NCBI RefSeq assembly: GCF_018977255.1
Contig: NW_024704743.1
Location: 3,164,001 to 3,228,000, forward strand
Direction: 5' to 3'
DNA: 64,000 nucleotides
Source of the DNA: Callorhinchus milii
Lineage: Eukaryota
The notes beneath the pieces were generated by a model, which saw only the letters and a program-made list of their open reading frames with translations, did no database searches and was not told the origin of the DNA. The stretch's first letter is position 1; every line of letters begins with the position of its first letter. The position numbers and the translations under genes are program-made. Below, in pieces: positions 12,515 to 22,800 of the stretch.

Positions 12515-14452
12515 TCACTGATTCCTGAACCCGTGCATGCGGGGGGTGATCTCTAACCTGCGGCCCTGGAGCACGAAGCCAGGATCCAGCCCCATGGGCT
12601 TGGGCTTGAAGTACATGCGAGGCCCCTGTAGATAGGGAAAGAGTTGTGTCATGGGACCCTGGAACCTGGGGACAGGCTGGCCCAAAGGTGGCATTGGAAG
12701 CTGGGGAGTTTGCCTGGCTCCAGGGGGACCATCTTGCGGCACCCTGACATAGTCGATCCCTTGCTTGAGGCCAGTGCTCACCATGTAATGCTGGACCCCG
12801 CGAGGGGACCTGCTTGGGAGATCTTGCCTCTGGCGTGTGGCATGAGGGAGGGCCAGCAAACAGCCGTGCAAGTGGTCCATCACTTGTTGTCTCTGGGAGA
12901 GCAGGTCCATCCCCGGGACGGGCCCCGCCCATGGCCCCGGCCCAGGCCCCACACCTCCAGGGACTGCCCCTGCCATGGGGGGGCTGGTCAGCCCCCGGCC
13001 CTGCACTGTCAGCACGCTGTCCATCCAGGTGCCCTGTAAACGTGGCGCCGTCTCTTTCCCTTGGGGCTGGGTGTTCTGGGTAGTCCCCAGCCAGTTGCCC
13101 TGGTATCCTGGTGAGGGCTCCATCCATTGGGCCTGTAGCCTGGGGCCCATGCTGGGGCCAGGGCCGGAGACAGGGGGCTGCTGTCCAGGGAAGGGGGGGG
13201 CATTGCCGGACACCAGCCCTGGGACCTTGGGGGCAGTGTAGACACGGCAGCCCCTGCCTTTGGGCATAAGCCCTATTGGCATGGCCAACATGTTGGCGCG
13301 GGAGTTGAGGATGATCCGTTGGCCCTGGATACCCAGCCCAGTGCGCAGGGGTGTGGGGTAGATCCTGGGCAGAGGGTAGAGTCCGCACACGTGCACAACC
13401 TGCTGGCCACCAGCTGCGGAATCTACTTGGACTTGTTGTTGGGTACTGGCTCGATCTTGTACAGCTGGAGTTGGGGTAAGGGGTCGATCTGCCCCACGGG
13501 AATCCTGGCCACTGGGCAGATCCTCTGCACCTCCATGCGGGAGCACGAGGGGATGTGGAGCCTGGGCAGAGGGGACAAGGGCTGAATCCTCGGGTAGTGT
13601 AACTCCGCCATCGGGTCGATCTTCCAGCTCTTCAGCTTGGGGTGTGGGTCGATCTTGATCTGGCTGGGGCTCCACTTGTCCTGGTTCTCCTCCTGCAGGC
13701 TGGACATCTTCTCCTCTCTCTTCTTGGCTGCCTCCCAGTTGAATCTCATCTCCATCTTGGCCTCCTCCAGACTGGGCCAAGTCCACAACATTGTCTCCTT
13801 CGAGCTGGGTGTCCCCTTTCTCCTCGGCCTCTCCAGACTGTGCGCCATCCTGTTGCTGTTCTCCTCCGTCTTCTGCAGGGTCTCGAGGTTCCCGGCTTCC
13901 GCTACTTTCTCCACCTTCCTCTCCTGTGGCCTGCTCGGGTTGCCCTTGGTCTTCCGCTCCTCCAGGCTGGTCTGTTTCTGGCTCAGCTGGTTCTGACTCA
14001 GCGGGTATGTGCAGGGACTGGGGTGGGGACTGGGGCTGGGGTTCTTCAGACTCTGCGCTGGTGTCACCTGGGATTTGGGGGGATTGGCTGTCGCCGGCCT
14101 GGGGGTCAGGGGAACGGGGAGGCTGGGCAGACGGTTGGTCTTCCTGACCCAGATTCCCTGAAGATGTGGAGGGTTCAGGATGTTCAGCATCTGGTCCGGG
14201 GGCCTGGAGCTGCTCCCCACCTGCAGGAGGCTGGGGTAGCTCGGAATCCACACCGTCCACGGCCGAGGCTGGATCTTCCATCCACGCTGGGTGGTGGGGT
14301 GACGTTGGCTGCCCAGGGTGAGGGTGAGGGTGGGGCACTTATTGGGCGTGCGGAGGTCCTAAAGTTCGGTGCTCGGCCTGGCTTCACATTGGCATGTGGA
14401 GGATTGGATGGAGGCCGACAGTCTACAGACCCTGAAGAGACTCACCTTCCAT
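12515..14452 (-). CDS. Putative uncharacterised two-exon gene, about 592 aa, low-complexity/disordered; exons 14452-14446 and 14286-12515
   Basis: Uninterrupted frame of about 1.8 kb with no SINE or LINE inside. gacATGG start, donor AAG|GTGAGT at 14445, and phase-matched acceptor ccacccag|CG at 14287, giving MEAWMEDPAS... AATAAA on the minus strand at 11982-11977. No recognised homolog. Confidence 0.65.
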
Positions 14453-14454
14453 GT

Positions 14455-14560
14455 CTAGCCCGCCCTACAATTTCCCGCTTACTGATTGGGCCCTGCTGGC
14501 CACCTGCCCCACCTTGTTTGTCAGGTCACAAATGTGCCCTTGGCCTGTGATTGGCCGGGC
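14455..14560 (-). promoter_or_regulatory. Putative promoter of the uncharacterised gene
   Basis: Minus-strand CCAAT boxes (14554-14550, 14489-14485), E2F-type GCGGGAAA (14478-14471), GC box GGGCGGG (about 14465-14459) and E-box CAGGTG (14506-14501), all directly upstream of the ATG at 14452. Confidence 0.45.
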
Positions 14561-17289
14561 TCCAGAGTAGCCGGATGGCAATAGCTTGCCCTGGCTCTCC
14601 TCCTGCAGGCTGGACATCTTCTTCTCTCTCTTCTTGGTGGCCTCCCAGTTGGAAGCCTTGCGGGTCACTGGCTCCGCCATCCAGCCGCTTGGCCTGCTCC
14701 CTGATGCCTCCACGTTGACCTGCCTGGCAACGGGCTGTTGGAATCAAGCCCTCTGCGGCGGTCCACAGGACTCCAGGGCACTGATGATGCCAGCGCAGGC
14801 AGCCCGGCCTGGCTCAGCGGCAGGACTTGGAAGGGCGGACCAGTCACTGGAGGGCAGGGAATCCTGCCGCTCGGCTCCTGTTAATCCTGCAAGCCAAAGC
14901 CCTAACAGGTAAGGTTAAGAATTACTGCTTGAAAGGGCGGTCGAAACAGATTCGGTAATAACTTTCCAAAGGGAATTCATTGGATAGGTACTTGAAAAGA
15001 AAAAAAACTCGCAAGGATACGGAGAAAGAGGGGCGGGGGGTGGGGGTGGGGGGGTGGGGGGGGGGTGGGGGAGTGGGACTGATTGGGTAGCTCTTCCAAA
15101 GAGCTGGCACGGGCACCGGGGCCGAATGGCTTCCTTTCTGTGCTGTAGTATTCTATTCTCCGATTCTGGTCCGTCATTTCGATGGTTGTGATAACCTGTG
15201 GGAATGTGTCCGTCTGTAAACCTGCTCAGCACCTCTCTCTACCTCTGTCCCCACCGCACTGAGTCCTCTACCTCTGTCCTCTCTCTACCCTTGTCTTTCT
15301 CTCCCCCCCTCCCCCCCTCTCTTTCTCCCCCAACCCCCGCATTTTCTCGCTGTTCTCTCATTATCTCCCCCTCTGTTCCCCCCTCCCCACCAGCACAGCA
15401 CTCCCCTCCACCCTAATAATAATAATAACCCTTGCACTTGACACGGCGCCCCATCTTCGAGACATCGCGAAGCTGAAATGACTGTAGATTTTTAGGGGCA
15501 GCCAATGCGACAGCCAATTGCGCGCAGCAGTGGCCCACCCGCGGTCATGGATTGCGTGACCGCATTATTTTGATTATTTTTTTTTTTTTGAAGGGATTGT
15601 CACTCCTGGAAAAGCAAACTGGCAACTGACTAACAACCGGGTTCCTACTTACCGCTGGGTAAGCGGAGACGTGTGGCGTAAGGAAACCTGCCCAACCTTT
15701 CGCCCTGCCCGGGACTCGAACCATGGTCCTCTTCGCTTGCGCTCTCTCGAATGCAAGGATGATTATTAATGTTATAACCTCGAGGTCCGCCGAAAAGGTC
15801 GGCGACCTGAAACGTTAACTCACGTTCCTCCCTCCGCAGATGCCGCCTGACCCGCCGAGCGCTCCCAGCGACGTCTGCGTCTATTTCAGATTTCCGGCGG
15901 TGTTTTGCCGTCCGATTGTTAATACGATCGCCGACGTCCCGAGAGGGAACTTTGCAAGGAGCGTTGCCTTTAAGAAAAAGGTCGCCCCCACCTTCGCCAC
16001 CTCCCCCCGCCCGCCCCCCCCCCCCGCCCCCCCCCATCTAATTGAAGACATGCCTCCTTTAGGAACCATTCATACCGTCCTCTCTGCTTCCCCGCATGCC
16101 TTATTCCCATCACCAGATCTGCCATTGGCTCTTTGTGCTGACGTGAATGGGGGAATGGCGGGGGGGGGGGGGGGTATGGGTGGGTGGGTGAGGGGGGGGG
16201 GACACACGACACACACACACACGCGTATAAATGTGGTTCAGCAACAATACAAAGGCAACAGGAATGTTGATGCTGTGTTTAGCCAGAGAGGGAGCGCCGC
16301 ACAAAGCCATGAGGGCGGGTAGGAGAGGGGAATACAGAGCATCATCTGGTCACCAGTATCCCGACACACTCACACACACACACACACACGCGCACACACT
16401 CTCTCTCTCTCTCTCTCACACGCACGCACGCACGCACACACGCACACTCGCACGCACGTATTGCCGCGCACACTCTCATCCGAACGCACACTTGCACACA
16501 GAGGCTCTCTCGCACGCGCGCTCACACGCACGTGCTCCCGCGCGCACTCTCGTTCGAACGCCCACTCACACACGCCCACTCACACACCCTCATACAAACG
16601 CACTCACACACGCAGACACGCACGCGCACACACAGTCGCACACACATTCTCACACCTACACTCTCACACACCCTCACCCACGCTCTCTCCACGACCGTTT
16701 GTGGGACGCTGCTGCGTGCAATCGGCCCCCGCGCCTCCCCACAACATAGACAGACAATTCGCTCTACGGTATACTCTGTGAAGCGCTCTGAGACGTCTCG
16801 AAGACGTGCTAACAACTTACCTTTATGTAGGCACCTCCCTACCTCTCTGAACTGCTTACCCCCCCACCCCCACCCCCCCAACCCTCAACTGGCTCCGGCC
16901 TCCTGCACGTCCTTTGTGTGCTCTGTGCCCCATTGGTGGCCGCGCTTTCAGTCACTACGTCCCGAGACACTTCCTCTGTCCCTCCGCCTGGCCCTCTCCT
17001 TCCCCCATCTTCAGGTTGCACCTGAAGACCTTCCCATCTGGTGGGTATAAATGACAGTGCATCCTTGCGAAGCCCTTTGAGGCGTCTCGGAGACACGATG
17101 AGGCGCTGTGCAAAATAACGATTAAAATAAACTGGTCACTGGTCACTTCAATCCACGACTGAGGCTGTGGGACGCCGCTGTGCGCAGTTGGCCGCCGCCT
17201 TTCGCTCACAAAATTCGCAGTCGATTCCCTTTACAGTATATTCCGCGCAGCACTTTGAGAACGTCTCAAAGACGCGATGAGGCACGATA

Positions 17290-17826
17290 TCAAGGATTAT
17301 TACTATTATATCGAACGCAAGGATTATTACTATTATTATATTGATTGCAAGGACTCTTACTAATATTATATTGATTGCAAGGACTCTTACTAAAATTATT
17401 ATTGAATTGAATGCAAGGATTATTATTAATATTATTATATTGACTGCAAGAATTATTACTAATATTATTATATTGACTGCAAGGATTATTACTAATATTA
17501 CATTGATTGCAAGGATTATTACTAATATTATTGTATCGAATGCAAAGACTCTTACTAATATTATTATTATATTGACTGCAGGGATTATTACTAATATTAT
17601 TATTGTATCGAATGCAAGGATCATCACTACTATTATTATTTTATTGATGGCAAGGATGAGTACTGATACTATTATTGTATTGATTGCAGGGATTAGTACT
17701 GATATCACTATTATATCGAAATGCAAGGATTAGTACTGCTGTTATTATTTTTTTGATGGCACGGATTTATTACTAATATTATTATTGACTCGAATGCAAG
17801 GATGATGATGATGATGATGATGATGT
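17290..17826. repeat. Minisatellite of about 30-36 bp derived from the SINE tail
   Basis: Unit ATTGA(T/C)TGCAAGGATTATTACTAATATTATT, continuing directly from a SINE 3' end. Confidence 0.85.
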
Positions 17827-17879
17827 CAGGTCTGAGGTTGGAGGAGAGGCGGTCGGGCGGCGATGGCAAACTCAGGGTT

Positions 17880-18005
17880 GAGTTGGCATCTGGTCTCCGG
17901 AGACTGTCTGATGGATTGCAATAAGCATTTTTCCCATTTCCATCTCCCACCTGATCGAGGAGGAGCGTATAAAAGCCGCAGCTGCTGGTGTGAGCGTCCT
18001 GTCAG
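17880..18005 (+). promoter_or_regulatory. SCRT1 core promoter
   Basis: TATAAAAG at 17968-17975; E-boxes CATCTG (about 17887), CACCTG (17948) and CAGCTG (17979); Inr-like TCAGCA at about 18002; lies about 540 nt upstream of the SCRT1 ATG. Confidence 0.6.
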
Positions 18006-18076
18006 CACTGACCGTCAGCAACAGTCAGCTACAGGGGGGTGGGGGGGAGGGGGGTAGGTCGCTGTCCAAGAGCTGA

Positions 18077-18125
18077 AACACACATACACGCACACACACA
18101 CGCGCGCGCGCACACACACACACAC

Positions 18126-18164
<39 letters not shown>

Positions 18165-18199
18165 TACATACATACACAGCACAGAGCAAAGCGCGCACG

Positions 18200-18230
<31 letters not shown>

Positions 18231-18520
18231 AGGCAGAGCACGCGCACACACATACTCACACACACACACACAGCACAAGGCTAAGCACAGCACACACACA
18301 CACACAGAGCGCGCACACACTTAGCACACACGCACACACGCACGCACGCACACAGCACACACATACACACTGAGCACACTCACTCACTCACTCACTCACT
18401 CACACACACACACACACACAGAGCAAAGCACACACAGACACAGACACAGCACATACATACACATACATTGCGCGCACACACACACACACACACACCAGAC
18501 ACACACACACACACACACAG
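18077..18520. repeat. CA-rich compound microsatellite in the putative SCRT1 5'UTR
   Basis: (CA)n with CACT, CATA and CG interruptions between the TATA box and the ATG. Confidence 0.85.
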
Positions 18521-18538
18521 ACAAGGCGACTACAAAAC

Positions 18539-19541
18539 ATGCCTCGATCGTTCCTGGTGAAAAAAGTCAAACTGGATGACTATCCTTCCAACGCCATCGA
18601 ATTGGAGAATTCCTACAGCAGAGCAGCGCCTGACAGAGTGGCCAGTCTGACCTCCCGCCTGCACAGCACAGGTAGGTGTTGTTATACTGTATGTTGTACT
18701 GTATATGCACACACATCCACCATAAACACACACATACACCGCATACACACACATACACCAGATACACACACATACACCATATACACACGCATACACCATA
18801 AACACACACATACACCGCATACACACATACACCATAAACACACACATACACCAGATACCCACATTATACACGAGATACGCATATATAACCAGATACACAC
18901 ACACACACACATATATACACTAGATACACACAAACACCAGATACACACACATACACCAGATACATACACATACACCAGATACACACACATACACCAGATA
19001 CACACACATACACCAAATACACACACATACACCAGATACACACACATGCACCAGATACACACATACACCAGATACACACACATACACCAAATACACACAC
19101 ATACACCAGATACACACACATACACCAGATACACACACATATACCAGATACACACATACACCCGATACACACACATACACCAGATACACACATATACACC
19201 AGATACACACATACACTAGATACGCGCATATACACCGCATACACACACATACACCAGATACATACATATACACTAGATACACACACATACACTAAATACA
19301 CATACATACACTATATACACATATGCACTGTATATACACATATACACTATATACACACATATATACTATATAGAAATGCACCATGTATACATATATACTA
19401 GATTTACTTATACACTATATATACATATACACTATATATACATATACACTATATATGTATATATACATATATACATTATACACATCCATAGCCTGGCCTC
19501 TCACCTGCACAGCACAGGTAGGCTTTATCATACTGTGTGTG

Positions 19542-19572
<31 letters not shown>

Positions 19573-19803
19573 TAATATATGTATATATTGTATATATGTC
19601 ATTATAACAACAATAATAGCCACTGTGCACCGTTTTCCTGTGATTCCACTTTATTATTCTTGTTACTGCTTGTAATTATTTATGTAAATATATCATATAT
19701 GTATAGTATATAGAGTACGTATATATATATAGAGAGAGAGAGAGAAAAATATATTTGGAGAGACCGAGAGAAAAAAATGTATAGAGTGAGAGAGAGAAAT
19801 ATC

Positions 19804-19834
<31 letters not shown>

Positions 19835-22800
19835 CTATCTATATATATAAATAAATCAATGCCACAATCCATCCTGTTTGTTTCACAATTGCAGAAAGCG
19901 TTAAAATGCATATTTTATCCCGGTAAAATAAGAGGAAATCAGTGCATAATCTGCAAATAAAGACGGAGTAGAAATAGCATCTGCTTTCGGCCCTGCAGGA
20001 GCAGGGAACCAGCTTAACAGTGTGGCCAGGGAATGCTGTGTGTGTGTGCAAGCATTTTACGCAATGCGTTCAGATATTTTAACCCATTTTTTTTGTTGCA
20101 AATTTTCCTTTTAATTCATTCACTCTATATACACGCGCACACTGTATGTGTACACGCACAGCATATAGACACACGCAGCACATACGCACGCTGCACACAT
20201 GCACACTGTATACACACACATGGTATATGCACACACTGTACGCAGTGACACACACACACACACGCGTCATGTACACTGACACGCACACACTGTATATATA
20301 CACACATACACACACACTGTATATGCACACACTGTATACAGTAGCACACATACATACGCAATGTACGCTGACATACACACTGTATATACACGCACTGTAT
20401 ACGCACACACTGTATATACATACACTGTTTGCAGTGGCACACATGTACACTGTACATAGTCACACACACACACAGTAGTGTCCTGGAACTCAGTGTGTGC
20501 CTTACACAGTAATTAAAATGTGATCCCATCACAGAGACCCCCCCCCCCACACCCAGGTATTTTGTGCCCTAAACTGGGAGGTCAGGGTGACAGCTCTCTG
20601 TGTTACTGTCACTCCCCCCAACATAGCACTGTGGCTAAATATAGCAGCAGTTTGCTGACCGCGGAGAGCGTATAAATAGCAGGGAATGGTAAACAGCCAC
20701 TTGTGTGTGAGTGTGAGAGAGAGCCGGTGTGTGAGTGTGAGAGCCGGTGTGTGAGTGTGAGAGCCGGTGTGTGAGTGTGAGAGCCAGTGTGTGAGTGAGA
20801 GAGAACCGGTGTGTGAGAGAGAGCCGGTGTGTGAGTGTGAGAGCCGGTGTGTGAGTGTGAGAGCCAGTGTGTGAGTGAGAGAGAACCGGTGTGTGAGTGA
20901 GAGAGAACCGGTGTGTGAGTGTGAGAGAGCCGGTGTGTGAGTGTGAGAGCCGGTGTGTGAGTGTGAGAGCCGGTGTGTGAGTGTGAGAGCCAGTGTGTGA
21001 GTGAGAGAGAACCGGTGTGTGAGTGAGAGAGAGCCGGTGTGTGAGTGTGAGAGAGCCGGTGTGTGAGTGTGAGAGCCGGTGTGTGAGTTTGAGAGCCAGT
21101 GTGTGAGTGTGAGAGAGCCAGTGTGTGAGTGTGAGAGAACCAGTGTGTGAGTGTGAGAGCCTGTGTGTGAGTGTGAGAGCCAGTGTGTGAGTGTGAGAGC
21201 CAGTGTGTGAGTGTGAGAGAGCCAGTGTATGAGTGAGAGAGAGCCGGTGTGTGAGTGAGAGAGCCGGTGTGTGAGAGAGCCGGTGTATGAGTGAGAGAGA
21301 GCCGGTGTGTGAGTGTGAGAGAGCCGGTGTGAGTGCCAGTGTGTGAGTGTGAGAGAGCCAGTGTGTGAGTGTGAGAGAGCCGGTGTGTGAGTGTGAGTGC
21401 CAGTGTGTGAGTGAGAGAGAGCCGGTGTGTGAGTGTGAGAGAGCCGGTGAATGAGTGTGAGAGAGCCGGTGTGTGAGTGTGAGAGAGCCGGTGTGTGAGT
21501 GAGAGAGAGCCGGTGTATGAGAGAGCCGGTGTGTGAGTGTGAGAGCCAGTGTGTCAGTGTGAGAGAGCCGGTGTGTGAGTGAGAGAGAACCAGTGTGTGA
21601 GTGTGAGAGCCAGTGTTTGAGTGTGAGAGCCAGTGTGTGAGTGTGAGAGAGCCAGTGTGTGAGTGTGAGAGAGCCAGTGTGTGAGTGAGAGAGCCGGTGT
21701 GTGAGTGTGAGAGAGCCAGTGTGTGAGTGAGAGGGCCGGTGTGTGAGTGTGAGAGCCGGTGTGTGAGTGTGAGAGAGCCGGTGTGTGAGTGTGAGAGCCA
21801 GTGTGTGAGTGTGAGAGAGTCGGTGTGTGAGTGTGAGAGCCGGTGTGTGAGTGTGAGAGAGCTGGTGTGTGAGTGTGAGAGAGCCAGTGTGTGAGTGTGA
21901 GAGAGCCAGTGTGTGAGTGTGAGAGAGTCGGTGTGTGAGTGTGAGAGCAGGTGTGTGAGTGTGAGAGAGCTGGTGTGTGAGTGTGAGAGAGCTGGTGTGT
22001 GAGTGTCAGGGAACCAGTGTGTGAGTGTGAGAGAGTCGGTGTGTCAGTGTGTGAGAGCCGGTGTGTGAGTGTGAGAGCCGGTGTGTGAGTGTGAGAGCCA
22101 GTGTGTGAGTGTGAGAGAGTCGGTGTGTGAGTGTGAGAGAGCCGGTGTGTCAGTGTGTGAGAGCCGGTGTGTGAGTGTGAGAGCCGGTGTGTGAGTGTGA
22201 GAGAGCAGGTGTGTGAGTGTGAGAGCCGGTGTGTCAGTGTGAGAGAGCCGGTGTGTGAGTGTGAGAGAGCCGGTGTGTGAGTGTGAGAGCCGGTGTGTGA
22301 GTGTGAGAGCAGGTGTGTGAGTGTGAGAGCCGGTGTGTGAGTGTGAGAGCAGGTGTGTGAGTGTGAGAGCCGGTGTGTTGTTATGTGTGTATAAGAGAGA
22401 GACAGTGTGTGTGAGAGAAAGTGTAGTGTGTGTATGTGTGTGTGTGAGAGAGAGACAATGTGCGTGAGAGGGACCGTGTGTATGTGTGTGTGTGAGAGGG
22501 ACAGTGTATGTGTGCGTGTGAGAGGGACAGTGCTTGTGTGTGTGTGAGAGGGACAGTGTGTGTGTGTGTGTGAGAGAGAGAGACAGTGTGTGCGAGAGAA
22601 AGTGTAGTGTGTGTGTGTGCGCGTGTGTGAGGGAGAGACAACGTGTGTTTGTGTGGGATACACTGAGTCTGAGAACTTGGAGCTTTCTCACAGCCTTTCC
22701 CCCCCTCTCCCCCCCCCCCCACCCCTTTCTCCCTCTCTCTGCCACTCTTATCTGTCGCTCCTTCCTCCCTCTCTCTTCCCCCTCTCCACGTCCGCCCCCC

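Noticed and set aside
12294..14550. Overlapping ORFs 12294-13388, 13423-14253 and 13642-14550
   Set aside because: Alternative or antisense frames of the GC-rich orphan CDS, with no matching splice or start signals.
11385..14912. Orphan ORF as the internal gene of an LTR element (same-orientation family-X copies on both sides)
   Set aside because: Family X is frequent enough for this to be chance. The flanks are unequal fragments, I see no PBS, PPT or gag/pol motifs, and the gene has its own promoter, intron and polyA signal. Not fully excluded.
15840..16322. 160-aa ORF after a cag acceptor-like site
   Set aside because: No recognisable domain, it runs through homopolymer tracts, and there are no partner exons; more likely regulatory DNA.
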